Source of the DNA: an uncultured delta proteobacterium
GTDB lineage: Bacteria > Desulfobacterota > Binatia > UBA9968
Direction: 5' to 3'
Length of the DNA stretch: 64,000 nucleotides
Assembly (NCBI GenBank): GCA_963804165.1
Contig: CAWDPO010000023.1
Location: forward strand, 128,001 to 192,000
Shown here: positions 52,162 to 62,921 of the stretch, piece by piece
How positions within the stretch are numbered: position 1 is the stretch's first letter
How the letters are laid out: every line of letters begins with the position of its first letter
Notes under the pieces: generated by a model
Databases searched by the model: none
What the model was told of the DNA's origin: nothing
The model's input: only the letters and a program-made list of their open reading frames with translations
Program-made: the position numbers and the translations under genes

Positions 52162-53142
52162 CTATTGATTCGGTCGATACGCTGGGCTGGCACCGATGGG
52201 GCGAAGAGCGAAGAACGTATCGAAGATACACTGGTCGACGAGATTCAGCTTGGTTTGAAAGCCATCGAGAAATTCATGCAGACCGCGCTTGATGATATGC
52301 TCGGTGTCCGCATACGCCAACTCGGCGCGCAACTGGCCAAGCCGCTGCTCGGCGGGGTTGCGGTACATGCCGACCGGCGTGCCTGTAATCGCGTGGAGCG
52401 AATCATTCGCTGCGGTCAAGCAGTGATGGATCGAGCGCGGGAACTCATGATCGAGGACAAGAAACTCGACGATCTGTTCGGGCGCGATGTGACCGTGCCG
52501 CTTACGGTACATTTCCAGGGCGCTGGCCGAACGCAGCACCGCCGCCCACTGTATATCATCCATAGGCGTGCCAACGTCGGTGACGGAAGGCAATAAAATG
52601 TAGTATTTCACGTCCAACAATCGCGAGGTCTTGTCGGCGCGCTCCACTAGACGGCCCATACGGTAGAAATGCCAGCCTTCGCCGTGCAGCATGGTCGCTT
52701 CGGCGACGCCGTCGAATAACTGGCTGGCCTTTTTAACCTCGTTAAAAAAACTATAGGGCGAATGAATCAGCGCCAGGCTTGAAGCTGCGGCGTTGACCGC
52801 TAAATAACTGGTGTTCACCTGCTCCCACATCTCCGAGGAAATCGCCTCGCGCACGGTGCGCGAGTTTTCCCGGGCCACGCGCAAACAAGATATGATCGAG
52901 TTTGGGTTTTCCGTGTCCAAGGCGAGAAACTTGATGACGTTCTCGCGCGACGCGACGGCGTATCGCGACGCAAAAACGGCGTCGTCCCCGGAGATGCTGA
53001 CGAGCGGCCGCCATTGTTGATTTGAGCCCGAGGGAAGGTCGAGCATCATCTGCAAGTTGACGTCGATAAAACGCGCGACATTTTCCGCGCGTTCCATGTA
53101 CCGGCTCAACCAGTAAATCGAATTGGCCACACGGCTCAGCAC
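52162..53142 (-). CDS. Alpha-E domain protein
   Basis: (M)LSRVANSIYWLSRYMERAENVAR, ARENSR..RE.IS.EMWE, GRLVERADKTSR, FPRSI. Confidence 0.92.
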   Translation of the reverse strand: MLSRVANSIYWLSRYMERAENVARFIDVNLQMMLDLPSGSNQQWRPLVSISGDDAVFASRYAVASRENVIKFLALDTENPNSIISCLRVARENSRTVREAISSEMWEQVNTSYLAVNAAASSLALIHSPYSFFNEVKKASQLFDGVAEATMLHGEGWHFYRMGRLVERADKTSRLLDVKYYILLPSVTDVGTPMDDIQWAAVLRSASALEMYRKRHGHIAPEQIVEFLVLDHEFPRSIHHCLTAANDSLHAITGTPVGMYRNPAEQRLGQLRAELAYADTEHIIKRGLHEFLDGFQTKLNLVDQCIFDTFFALRPIGASPAYRPNQ

Positions 53143-53187
53143 GTCTTTATCCCACCTCGCAGTCTCGCTCCTGCAAATCAGCAATCC

Positions 53188-54621
53188 TCAAGACATGAGC
53201 ACCCATGTATCCTTGCTCCCGCCGCCCTGAGAGGAGTTCACGACTAAGGAACCTTGCTTCAGAGCAACCCGAGTCAAGCCGCCGGGAAGCACGTAAATTT
53301 CCGCGCCGTAGAGCACGTAGGGCCGCAGGTCGACGTGGCGACCCGCCACCTGGCCGTTGACGATCACCGGCACCCGCGACAGCGATAAGGTCGGCTGCGC
53401 GATATAGTTGCGCGGATTTTCTTGGATGCGGAGCGCGAACTCTGACCGTTCTTCAGGGGTCGCGTGCGGGCCGACCAGCATGCCATAGCCTCCCGATTCG
53501 TTAACTGCCTTCACCACCAGCTTGTCTAGATTCGAAATCACGTAGGCCAGCTCTTTTGGTTCGGCGCAGACACGAGTCGGCACGTTGGGAATAATGATTT
53601 TTTCGCCGAGATAGTATTCGATGATTTTCGGCACAAAGGCATAAATGCATTTATCGTCGGCGATACCGGTGCCCGGTGCGTTGGCCAAAGCGACGCGGCC
53701 TTTTTTATATATTTCGATCAGGCCGGGCACCCCCAGTAACGAGTCCGGACGAAAGACGTCGGGGTCGAGAAAATCGTCGTCAATCCGGCGATACAATACA
53801 TCCACGGGTTCGAATCCCTTCGTCGTGCGCATCATGATGCGGCCGTTGGACGCGACCAAATCGCTCCCTTCGACCAGCTCGACGCCCATCTGTTGAGCCA
53901 GAAACGTGTGCTCGTAATACGCCGAGTTGTAAATACCCGGCGTCAACACCGCCACCTTGGGCGACTCCATGGCCGCAGGGAAAAGCGACTGCAGCGTCGA
54001 CAGCAGGCGGCTCGGATATTCGTCCACGGGGCGCACGCGCAAGGCTTCGAACACCTGCGGAAAGGTCCGCTTCATGATGCGGCGGTTTTCGAGAACGTAA
54101 GAAACTCCCGAGGGACAACGCAAATTGTCTTCAAGGACATACATTTGGCCGTCGCTATCGCGCACCAGATCGGTGCCGGTGACATGGCACCAGACCTTTT
54201 GCGGTGGATTGAGCCCCACACATTCTTTTCTGAAGGAGCGCGCCGAATGGATCAGCGATTCAGGTATGATTTTGTCTTTGAGGATTTTTTGCTCATGATA
54301 AATATCGTCGATGAATAGATTGAGCGCGTAGACCCGCTGCTTCAAACCCTTTTCGATCCAATCCCAGTCAGCGGCTTCGACAATGCGCGGGATGATATCA
54401 AAGGGGAATATCTTTTCCGTGGCCGCGCTGTCGCTATAGACGTTAAAGGTGATGCCGTTTTGCAGCAGCAACCGTTCAGCAGCGGCTTGGCGGGCCAGGA
54501 GCTCACCGTCCGGCAGCGCTTCGATGCGTTCGCTCAGCAAACGCCCGCCGCTGCGCGGAGTACCGTCGGCGAGAAACATCTCGTCATGAAAGTTTTCGGT
54601 CTCGTAGGCGGCAAACAACAT
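53188..54621 (-). CDS. Circularly permuted type 2 ATP-grasp protein
   Basis: PFDIIPR, VLEDNLRCPSGVSYVLENR, YRRIDDDFLDP, ESGGYG, VVNSSQGGGSKDTWV. Confidence 0.93.
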   Translation of the reverse strand: MLFAAYETENFHDEMFLADGTPRSGGRLLSERIEALPDGELLARQAAAERLLLQNGITFNVYSDSAATEKIFPFDIIPRIVEAADWDWIEKGLKQRVYALNLFIDDIYHEQKILKDKIIPESLIHSARSFRKECVGLNPPQKVWCHVTGTDLVRDSDGQMYVLEDNLRCPSGVSYVLENRRIMKRTFPQVFEALRVRPVDEYPSRLLSTLQSLFPAAMESPKVAVLTPGIYNSAYYEHTFLAQQMGVELVEGSDLVASNGRIMMRTTKGFEPVDVLYRRIDDDFLDPDVFRPDSLLGVPGLIEIYKKGRVALANAPGTGIADDKCIYAFVPKIIEYYLGEKIIIPNVPTRVCAEPKELAYVISNLDKLVVKAVNESGGYGMLVGPHATPEERSEFALRIQENPRNYIAQPTLSLSRVPVIVNGQVAGRHVDLRPYVLYGAEIYVLPGGLTRVALKQGSLVVNSSQGGGSKDTWVLMS

Positions 54622-54697
54622 CGGCTGCCCTTTGACTTGTTTTGACGTGATACCTTAAAATTCTAAGGTTCCACGAAATAACCTGCCCACGACTACC

Positions 54698-54712
54698 GCA
54701 ACGAACATGCCA
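54698..54712 (-). promoter_or_regulatory. sigma-54 promoter of the ATP-grasp/alpha-E operon
   Basis: TGGCATGTTCGTTGC. Confidence 0.75.
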
Positions 54713-54744
54713 GGAACGCTGACCGCGGATTCATGCGCTTTCCT

Positions 54745-54802
54745 TGCCTCGTCGACAGGCGATCGACTAATTTTTAGCAAAGTACTGCCCCGGCATTGAT
54801 CA
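54745..54802. promoter_or_regulatory. NtrC-like boxes (2-3 copies)
   Basis: TGCCTCGTCGACAGGCG, (T)CGACTAATTTTTAGCA, TGCCCCGGCATTGATCA at about 20-bp steps. Confidence 0.5.
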
Positions 54803-54920
54803 AGGACGGGCGGGCCACCGACTCTGCTAGGCGACGCTTTAATACTTTGGGACGCCCGAATCAATGGCAAAAAAAGAATTCGCGAATCTATCTCCTTTGG
54901 CATCCTCCAAGGGTCCGCCT

Positions 54921-55255
54921 TCAACCGCTATTGCGCAGCCCGGCTGCGATGCCGTTGATCGTGAGCAGGACCGCGCGCTTCACCCGGTCATTGGTTTGAC
55001 CCGAGCGATAGCGCCGCAGCGCTTCAACTTGCAGATGATTGAGAGGATCGATGTAAGGAACACGATTGCGCAAACTGCGCGCCAGCAACGGATTGGCCGC
55101 GAGCAGCTCCGCCTGGCGGGTGATGCCGAGCACTCGCGCCAGGGTGCGTTGATGCTCCGCGCGAATTTGGCCAAAGATAAACTCGCGCAGCTCAATATCG
55201 CCGACCAGCTCGGCGTAGCGCGACGCAATATGGATATCGCTTTTGGCGAGCACCG
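54921..55255 (-). pseudogene. ppc: C-terminal fragment of phosphoenolpyruvate carboxylase
   Basis: [36 protein letters not shown]. Confidence 0.88.
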
Positions 55256-55264
55256 CGGCCGCGA

Positions 55265-55380
55265 GTGCCCGCCTCGAGAGTGACGGCGCCGATCGTCCCA
55301 TTGATACCCGGCGCCGGACCGCCGCCCACGACAATCCCCACCCGGGCTATGCCGTTGGAATGATTCGATTCGGTGGCCAT
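55265..55380 (-). pseudogene. N-terminal fragment of (PPi-type) 6-phosphofructokinase
   Basis: [24 protein letters not shown], then an abrupt switch to ppc sequence. Confidence 0.75.
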
Positions 55381-55752
55381 GATTGTCCGCTGTCCCGACG
55401 GTGGGCTTGCAAGGTGGAAATTCTACCCCTCATGCTTTGCTACGCTTGGCTTCTCGGTTTAATGTAATAGCGAAATTAAGGGCAATGGGCGTGCCAAGTA
55501 ACGGCGCGAAAATCTCGCTCGGCGTATTGTAAGTAATCGGCAAATTTAAACTGCAGCGAACGGAACAAATTGCCGTGCTACAAAAACATGCACAAGATGA
55601 TCGAATTTTCGGCACAGTCAGGAATCTTGCGCAGGTGCTTCACTAGATATTCAGTCATCGTGAGCGCTCTCGGAACGGAATGGAACTTGCGTTGTTAGCT
55701 ATAGCTACAGACGCCGATCAGCCTAACCAATTTTTAAAAAGGAAAGTCATCT

Positions 55753-56766
55753 ATGCCTACCAAAGTTGGGATTAATGGATTCGGGCGGATTGGCCGGCTG
55801 GCGCTCCGCGCAATGATCGAACGACATAAGGATGATCTAAACGTGGTCGCAGTCAATGATATGGCCGACCTGCACACCAACGCACATTTATTTCGCTACG
55901 ATTCGACCTATGGAATTTTTCCGGGGAAAATCGAGACCGGCGAAGGGATGCTGAAGATCGACGATTGGGAAATCGTCGTGCTGAATCAAAAGGACCCAGC
56001 GCGTTTGCCCTGGAAAACTCTTGGCGTCGAAATCGTCATCGAATCCACGGGCGTGTTCACCAACGCCGCGCAAGTCCGGGCGCATTTGGAAGCCGGCGCC
56101 AAGAAAGTGATCATCACCGCGCCCGCTACCGACGAGGACATCACTTTGGTCCTAGGCGTCAATGAATCGGCCTACGATCCGCGCAAGCATCACATCGTGT
56201 CGAACGCGTCGTGCACGACCAACTGTCTCGCGCCGGTCACCAAAGTCCTGCAACAGAACTTCGGCATCGAGCGCGGCCTGATGACGACGATTCATTCCTA
56301 CACGAACGATCAAAGGACTCTGGACTTGATGCATAAAGACCTGCGCCGCGCGCGCACCGCGGCCCAGAATATCATTCCGACCAGCACCGGCGCCGCTAAG
56401 GCGATCGGCTTGGTCATGCCGGAGCTCAAAGGCAAATTGCACGGACTATCCCTGCGCGTGCCGACTTCGACGGTCTCGGTGGTCGATTTAGTGGTCGACC
56501 TCAAAAAGTCGGCTAGTGTCGAAGCCGTCAATGATTCGCTCAAGGCCGCCGCCGACGGCGCGCTAAACGGCATCCTCGAATATTGCAATGAGCCATTGGT
56601 TTCCAGCGATTTTCGCGGCAACCCGGCATCGTCGATCGTCGATGCGCTCTCCACCGTGGTGCTGGAAGGCAAGATGGCCAAGGTGCTTTCCTGGTACGAT
56701 AACGAATGGGGTTACAGCTGCCGCGTCGGCGACCTGGCAACTTTCATGGCCGAACGGGAACTGTGA
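55753..56766 (+). CDS. gap: Glyceraldehyde-3-phosphate dehydrogenase
   Basis: [31 protein letters not shown]. Confidence 0.97.
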   Translation: MPTKVGINGFGRIGRLALRAMIERHKDDLNVVAVNDMADLHTNAHLFRYDSTYGIFPGKIETGEGMLKIDDWEIVVLNQKDPARLPWKTLGVEIVIESTGVFTNAAQVRAHLEAGAKKVIITAPATDEDITLVLGVNESAYDPRKHHIVSNASCTTNCLAPVTKVLQQNFGIERGLMTTIHSYTNDQRTLDLMHKDLRRARTAAQNIIPTSTGAAKAIGLVMPELKGKLHGLSLRVPTSTVSVVDLVVDLKKSASVEAVNDSLKAAADGALNGILEYCNEPLVSSDFRGNPASSIVDALSTVVLEGKMAKVLSWYDNEWGYSCRVGDLATFMAEREL

Positions 56767-56784
56767 ATTTGCGCTGTTCACCAC

Positions 56785-56807
56785 GGGCGACCGCCGGTCG
56801 CCCCTAC
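56785..56807 (-). repeat. GTAG-type REP palindrome
   Basis: GTAGGGGCGACCGGCGGTCGCCC on the minus strand. Confidence 0.7.
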
Positions 56808-56889
56808 GTCCTTCGCACTCGCAGCGATGATCCACTGGATCCGCGATACTGCGTAGCAATTTCGCCCGGGCTCTCCATTCGCCTATGAC

Positions 56890-56918
56890 TTGACCGTTTC
56901 GGAGTCGTACTCTAGATT
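56890..56918 (+). promoter_or_regulatory. sigma-70-like promoter of the large transglutaminase gene
   Basis: TTGACC-N17-TAGATT, 27 bp before the ATG. Confidence 0.55.
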
Positions 56919-56945
56919 AAAAATCGTTTTCGCTGGTGCGAAATC

Positions 56946-59900
56946 ATGTCGATTCACGTTGCCCTCCACCATGTCACTCACTATCGCTATGACCGCCAAG
57001 TAAACCTTGGGCCACAAGTTCTGCGTTTACGGCCGGCGCCGCACTGCCGCTCGCGAATTTTAAGCTACTCGCTGCGGGTCGCTCCCGAAAAGCACTTCAT
57101 CAATTGGCAGCAAGACCCCCAGGCAAACTACCAGGCGCGCCTGGTTTTTCTCGAATCGACGAACGAATTTCGCATCGAGGTCGACCTCGTCGCCGAAATG
57201 GCGGTCATTAATCCGTTCGATTTTTTTCTCGAACCGCACGCTGAGTATTTCCCGTTCGAGTACGAATCACGGCAGAGGGATGAGCTGGCGCCGTATTTCA
57301 AGCGCCAGCCGCTTACACCGCTCTTCGAGTGTTATCTCCACGGGATTCCGCGTGAGAAGAAGCGCAGCAATAATTTTCTCGTGGACCTCAACCGGCAGTT
57401 GTCGCGGGACATCAAATACTTGATCCGGCTCGAACCCGGCGTGCAGACGCCGGAAGAAACGCTCGTCAAGCGTTCGGGTTCCTGTCGCGATTCCGGCTGG
57501 CTGCTCGTCCAACTCCTGCGCCATCTGGGGTTGGCCGCGCGATTTGTCTCGGGCTATCTGATTCAGCTCACTGCAGATGTGAAGTCACTCGACGGACCGT
57601 CCGGGCCGGAAAAAGATTTTACGGATTTGCATGCCTGGGCTGAAGTTTACTTGCCTGGGGCGGGTTGGATCGGTCTTGATCCGACTTCGGGCTTATTTGC
57701 AGGCGAAGGCCACTTGCCCCTCGCCTGCACGCCGGAACCGGGATCGGCATCTCCAGTCACCGGTGCCGTCGACAAGTGCGAGGTCAGTTTTTCGCACGAG
57801 ATGTCGATCGCACGCATCTGGGAAGCGCCCCGCGTCACCAAACCCTATGCGGAGGAACAGTGGCAGGCCATCGACCAACTCGGTCACGCCGTCGACACCG
57901 AACTGACGCGTAACGATGTCAGGCTTACGATGGGCGGCGAACCAACTTTCGTATCGATGGATGATCCAGAAGGCGAAGAATGGAATATGGCGGCCCTCGG
58001 TCCAAGCAAGCGCAGGCTGGCGGCGGACCTTTACCATCGTCTGCGCAAACGGTACGGCGCTCAAAGTCTCGTTCACTTCGGACAGGGTAAATGGTATCCG
58101 GGCGAGCAGTTGCCGCGCTGGTCGCTTAACTGTTTCTGGCGCACCGACGGCGAGCCGATCTGGCGTGACGAAGCGTTGATCGCCGATGAAACGCAAGCCG
58201 GCGACGCCACGGAGGCTACCGCGCGCGAGTTTCTCCGTGGCGTCGCCGAGCGGCTCGGTTTGGAGCCGAGCTTTGTCTTTCCCGGCTATGAAGATCTTTA
58301 CTATTACATGTGGCGCGAGCGGCGTTTGCCCGCCAACGTCGATCCATTCGATTCGCGGCTCGAAGATCCGCTCGAACGCGAGCGTCTCATGCGCATTTTT
58401 ACCCAAGGCCTGACGGAAGTCGTTGGCTATGCGCTACCGGTGGTGCGCGATTTGCGGGCGGGACATTGGCGCAGCGGACGGTGGTTTTTACGCGCCGGTC
58501 GTTGCTACCTGGTTCCCGGAGATTCGCCCATGGGCTTGCGGCTGCCCCTCGATTCGCAGCCTTGGGCTAGCCCGACTGATTACCCAGTCAACTTCCCACC
58601 CGATCTAGCGCAGCAGTTTCCGCCCCTGGCAAGCTACGCGCAAATTCACTTTCAGGTCGACCCGGCACGAGCCGTAAGCACCGCGATATCACAGCGTCCC
58701 GGCAGCGTAGACCAGGGCGACAAAACCGATCGGATGCCGAACCGGCATGAAAGCGCAGGGTGGATCACGCGTGCGACCATGTGCGCTGAACCGAGAAACG
58801 GCGTTCTCTATATCTTCATGCCCCCCGTCGAAGCGCTGGAGGACTACCTCGAGCTGACTGCCGCCGCAGAAGCAACCGCCGAGGCGATGAAGCAGCCGAT
58901 TTTGTTTGAAGGCTATGAGCCACCGCGCGACCCGCGACTCAAGTTTTTTCGCATCACTCCTGACCCCGGCGTGATCGAGGTCAACATTCACCCAGCGTCG
59001 AGCTGGGATGAATTGGCCGAACGGACGACGTTTCTTTACGAAGCGGCACGCGAATCTCGGCTCGCAACGGAAAAATTCATGCTCGACGGTCGTCACACCG
59101 GCACCGGTGGCGGCAACCACTTCGCCCTTGGCGGCGCAACTCCTGCGGAGTCGCCTTGGCTCAGGCGGCCAGATCTCCTGCGCAGCCTCTTGAGCTACTG
59201 GCACAACCATCCTTCGCTGTCTTATCTCTTCAACGGGCTCTTCATCGGTCCGACCTCGCAAGCGCCGCGCATCGACGAAGCGCGCAACGATTCGGTGCGT
59301 GAAATTGAAGTGGCCTTTGGCGAAATGGATCGGCGTGTCGATTCACATACGGACGGCTGCCCACCCTGGCTGATCGACCGGTTGCTGCGCAATTTACTGA
59401 TCGACGTCACCGGCAACACCCATCGCGCCGAGTTTTGCATCGACAAACTTTACTCGCCGGACAGCGCCACCGGGCGCTTGGGCCTGCTCGAAATGCGCGC
59501 CTTCGAGATGCCGCCGCACGCGCGCATGAGCCTCACCCAGCAATTGCTTTTGCGCGCGCTGATCTCGCGTTTTTGGAAAACACCCTATCAGCCGCAACGT
59601 TTGGTGCGCTGGGGCACGGAGCTGCATGATCGCTTTCTCCTGCCGCACTTCGTCTGGCAGGACTTCGAAGATGTCATGAAAGAACTCAATCAAGCGGGCT
59701 ACCCTTTCGACAGCAGGTGGTTTGCGCCGCACTTAGAATTCCGCTTCCCTAAATACGGCGACTACGCCGTGCGCGGCATCGAATTGGAGTTGCGTGCCGC
59801 TCTCGAACCCTGGCATGTCTTGGGCGAGGAGGGGGCCCCTGGCGGCACCGCGCGCTACGTCGACTCGTCACTGGAAAGAATCCAAGTCAAAGTAACCGGC

Positions 59901-60284
59901 CTGCCGCCGGATCGATACGCGATCACGTGCAACGAGGTGCCGCTACCGCTGCAATCGACGGGGACTGTCGGCGAGTTCGTCGTAGGCATGCGCTATCGCG
60001 CGTGGCAACCGCCCTCGGCATTGCACCCAACCATCGGCGTGCACACGCCGCTCATTTTTGATATCGTTGACCGCTGGATGAAACGCAGCCTCGGCGGCTG
60101 CCAATACCATGTCATGCACCCTGGCGGACGCCACTACGAGGTCTTTCCCTTAAATGCGTTTGAGGCCGAAAGTCGCCGCCTCGAGCGCTTTTTCCGCATT
60201 GGCCACTCTCCCGGAGAGCTGGATGTTGGTGCAGCCCGCATCGACCCGGAGTTTCCCTTCACCCTCGATCTGCGCAAAGTCTAA
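56946..60284 (+). CDS. Transglutaminase-like protein with C-terminal DUF2126 (putative amidoligase) domain
   Basis: H.T.Y.Y N-terminal domain; GSCRD / DLHAW / LDPT triad; LTMGGEPTF, TPDPGVIEVN, TGTGGGNH, GNTHRAEFCIDK, E.RAFEMP. Confidence 0.92.
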   Translation: MSIHVALHHVTHYRYDRQVNLGPQVLRLRPAPHCRSRILSYSLRVAPEKHFINWQQDPQANYQARLVFLESTNEFRIEVDLVAEMAVINPFDFFLEPHAEYFPFEYESRQRDELAPYFKRQPLTPLFECYLHGIPREKKRSNNFLVDLNRQLSRDIKYLIRLEPGVQTPEETLVKRSGSCRDSGWLLVQLLRHLGLAARFVSGYLIQLTADVKSLDGPSGPEKDFTDLHAWAEVYLPGAGWIGLDPTSGLFAGEGHLPLACTPEPGSASPVTGAVDKCEVSFSHEMSIARIWEAPRVTKPYAEEQWQAIDQLGHAVDTELTRNDVRLTMGGEPTFVSMDDPEGEEWNMAALGPSKRRLAADLYHRLRKRYGAQSLVHFGQGKWYPGEQLPRWSLNCFWRTDGEPIWRDEALIADETQAGDATEATAREFLRGVAERLGLEPSFVFPGYEDLYYYMWRERRLPANVDPFDSRLEDPLERERLMRIFTQGLTEVVGYALPVVRDLRAGHWRSGRWFLRAGRCYLVPGDSPMGLRLPLDSQPWASPTDYPVNFPPDLAQQFPPLASYAQIHFQVDPARAVSTAISQRPGSVDQGDKTDRMPNRHESAGWITRATMCAEPRNGVLYIFMPPVEALEDYLELTAAAEATAEAMKQPILFEGYEPPRDPRLKFFRITPDPGVIEVNIHPASSWDELAERTTFLYEAARESRLATEKFMLDGRHTGTGGGNHFALGGATPAESPWLRRPDLLRSLLSYWHNHPSLSYLFNGLFIGPTSQAPRIDEARNDSVREIEVAFGEMDRRVDSHTDGCPPWLIDRLLRNLLIDVTGNTHRAEFCIDKLYSPDSATGRLGLLEMRAFEMPPHARMSLTQQLLLRALISRFWKTPYQPQRLVRWGTELHDRFLLPHFVWQDFEDVMKELNQAGYPFDSRWFAPHLEFRFPKYGDYAVRGIELELRAALEPWHVLGEEGAPGGTARYVDSSLERIQVKVTGLPPDRYAITCNEVPLPLQSTGTVGEFVVGMRYRAWQPPSALHPTIGVHTPLIFDIVDRWMKRSLGGCQYHVMHPGGRHYEVFPLNAFEAESRRLERFFRIGHSPGELDVGAARIDPEFPFTLDLRKV

Positions 60285-60410
60285 TAGCCGCCTGCGCTGC
60301 GCGCCTTCGATGAAGACTGCCACAAACACGCCGATTGCTGATTGTTTAGCTACCCCGCAACGGACCTCACCTCGAAAAATTTGCTAGACATGTGGTAAAA
60401 TTCGCTCCCG

Positions 60411-62921
60411 ATGGCGCACACACCAGTCGTGATGAATTACATTCCCAATCCCGACCGCTACGATGAAGCGTTCGATGCCGAAGGGCGTCCGCGCGGACAC
60501 TGGGAGCGTCTGGCGATGGCAGCGCACCGGGCCAGTCGCGCCGCCCTTACCCGCCGCGCGCAAACCATCCGCCGCGCCGTCGAGCTGCACGGCGTCACTT
60601 ACAATATCTACGGCGATCCCCAGGGCGCCGATCGGCCGTGGGAAGTCGATGTCTTACCGTTCGTAATCGGCAAAGAAGAATGGCATTTCCTCGCCAACGC
60701 GATCGAGCAGCGGGCACGCGTATTGAATCGGGTAATGGCTGATTTATACGGCGAAAATCGCCTCCTGAGCGAAGGGCTAATCCCGCCGGCGATCATTCAT
60801 GGGCATAACAACTATCTTTGGCCGTGCCGCGGCATCGAGCCGCGCGGCAAAACTTATCTTCACTTGTATGCCTGCGATCTCGCCCGCTCTCCCGACGGCC
60901 GCTGGTGGGTGATCAACGATCGCACCCAGGGTCCGTCCGGCGCTGGTTACGCGCTGCAAAACCGCCTCATCGTCACGCCTTTGTACGAAAATATCTTCCG
61001 TTCTCTCGGCGTGCAGCGCCTGGCAAATTTTTTCCGCACGCTGCAACAGCAACTGGCGACGCTGGCGCCGACCGACGGCGAGCCGCCGATGGTCGCCCTT
61101 TTGACCGCGGGTCCGTACAACGAGACTTATTTCGAGCATGTTTTGCTCGCCCGCTATTTGGGTTACCCGCTTGTCGAAGGTTCGGATCTTACCGTGCGCG
61201 ACAATCGCGTTTATCTGAAGACCTTGCAGGGATTGAAGCGCGTGCACGTCTTGTTGCGTCGCCTGGACGACGAATACTGCGATCCCGCCGCGTTGCGTAC
61301 CGATTCGACGCTCGGCGTCGCCGGAGTCCTATCGGCGGCGCGCGCTGGGAACATCGTGATCGCCAACGCCCTTGGCTCCGGGGTGCTCGAGTCGCCGGCG
61401 CTGTCGGGCTTCCTGCCGGCGATTTGCGACAGATTGCTCGGCGAACCGTTAAGATTGCCCTCGGTGGCGACCTGGTGGTGCGGCGAAGGCCCGGCGCTGC
61501 AATACGCGATCAGTCATCTTCCCGAGCTCGTGATCAAGCCGGCCTTTCCATCGATGAAATTGGAACCGACGTTCGGCCACACTCTCGATCGCGCCGCCCA
61601 GGAAGCGCTGGCCGAACGCATGCGCGCCACGCCGCACGCCTTCGTCGCCCAAGAGTGGGTGCGGCTCTCCCAGGCGCCGACGTGGTCAACAGAGAAGCAA
61701 CAGTTCGAACCGCGTGTGGTCGGTTTGCGACTCTATGCCACCGCCAGCGGCGACGGCTACGAAGTCATGCCCGGCGGACTCGCGCGCATCGCGCCCGAAT
61801 CCGCCACCGAAGTCATCACCATGCAGCGCGGCGGTTCGAGTAAAGACGTTTGGGTCCTCGGCGACGGCGGGACGCCATGGCATTCACTACTGCTGCCGCG
61901 CCTCGGCGCCCTCCACATTGTCCGCGGTGGTTTTTATTCACCGTCACGCGCCGTGGAAAATCTGTTTTGGATGGGTCGCTACGGCGCCCGCGTCGAGAAC
62001 GTTGGCCGTTTGCTCCGTGCGACCGCCCAAAGACTAACGGAAAGCGATCCGGCGCACTTGGCGATCGTCAAGATTCTCACGGCTTTGGCCGACAAAGCGC
62101 GTTTGCGCGAGGTGGCATCGCGGACATCCGGCCAGGCGGCGAAGAAAAGACCGCCGGCCGGCGCGACGCCGGAATGGGTTATCGCGGCGGCCGGCGATCC
62201 GTCGGTGCTGAACGGTATTCCGGCCAACACTGGGCGGCTTTTCTACTGCGCCACCCAGCTGCGCGATCGTATGTCAGTCGATCACTGGCACACCGTCCAA
62301 CGCCTCGCCCGCGCGCACGAGCCGGTGCCGCAAAACCTGGAAGCGGCCTTGACGATCCTCGACGGCGTGATCCCCGCTTGCACTGCGCTTGCGGGCTACG
62401 CGTTCGACGACATGACGCGGGACGATGCTTGGCAATTTCTCGTCATCGGGAGACAGCTTGAACGCATGGCGTTTTTAAGCTTAGTCACGATTCAGATCCT
62501 CGGCTTAGCCGAGGAAGATCGCGAAGCCGTGCTCGGCGCCTTGCTGGAAATCGGCAACATCAGCATGACCTACCGGGCGCGCTACCAGCGCCAGCCGGAG
62601 CTCATACCCGTCCTCGACCTCCTGCTGCTCGACGAATTGAATCCGCACTCGATCTGTTTCCAGCTTGCGGCGCTCACCGGCCAGCTCGAACTGATCAAAA
62701 CGCGGCTCGGCTTCGAGCCGTTGAACAACCCGCGCTCGTTGCTCCAGGCGCTGCGCGGCTTCGATCTTTCTTATCTGGAAGAACTGCGCGAATCCCAGGC
62801 GGAACCGCTTCCCGCGTTGCTCGCGGCCTGCGAGCGCGCGGCCTACAGCATCTCCGACGAGCTCACCCAGCGATTTTTCGTTCACGCCGGTGAGCGCCCG
62901 CAGACGAGCGTGGCAGCATGA
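60411..62921 (+). CDS. Circularly permuted type 2 ATP-grasp protein fused to an alpha-E domain
   Basis: DRTQGPSGAGYALQNR, LRRLDD..CDP, MPGGLAR, MQRGGSSKDVWV; ENLFWMGRY, MTRDDAW.F..IGR.LER, NPHS. Confidence 0.92.
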   Translation: MAHTPVVMNYIPNPDRYDEAFDAEGRPRGHWERLAMAAHRASRAALTRRAQTIRRAVELHGVTYNIYGDPQGADRPWEVDVLPFVIGKEEWHFLANAIEQRARVLNRVMADLYGENRLLSEGLIPPAIIHGHNNYLWPCRGIEPRGKTYLHLYACDLARSPDGRWWVINDRTQGPSGAGYALQNRLIVTPLYENIFRSLGVQRLANFFRTLQQQLATLAPTDGEPPMVALLTAGPYNETYFEHVLLARYLGYPLVEGSDLTVRDNRVYLKTLQGLKRVHVLLRRLDDEYCDPAALRTDSTLGVAGVLSAARAGNIVIANALGSGVLESPALSGFLPAICDRLLGEPLRLPSVATWWCGEGPALQYAISHLPELVIKPAFPSMKLEPTFGHTLDRAAQEALAERMRATPHAFVAQEWVRLSQAPTWSTEKQQFEPRVVGLRLYATASGDGYEVMPGGLARIAPESATEVITMQRGGSSKDVWVLGDGGTPWHSLLLPRLGALHIVRGGFYSPSRAVENLFWMGRYGARVENVGRLLRATAQRLTESDPAHLAIVKILTALADKARLREVASRTSGQAAKKRPPAGATPEWVIAAAGDPSVLNGIPANTGRLFYCATQLRDRMSVDHWHTVQRLARAHEPVPQNLEAALTILDGVIPACTALAGYAFDDMTRDDAWQFLVIGRQLERMAFLSLVTIQILGLAEEDREAVLGALLEIGNISMTYRARYQRQPELIPVLDLLLLDELNPHSICFQLAALTGQLELIKTRLGFEPLNNPRSLLQALRGFDLSYLEELRESQAEPLPALLAACERAAYSISDELTQRFFVHAGERPQTSVAA

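Noticed and set aside
56826-56856. Possible pgk start remnant (MIHWIRDTA*) after gap
   Set aside because: Too short to distinguish from chance.
60818-62461. Long Arg-rich alternative-frame ORFs
   Set aside because: Off-frame shadows of a GC-rich gene, with no motifs.
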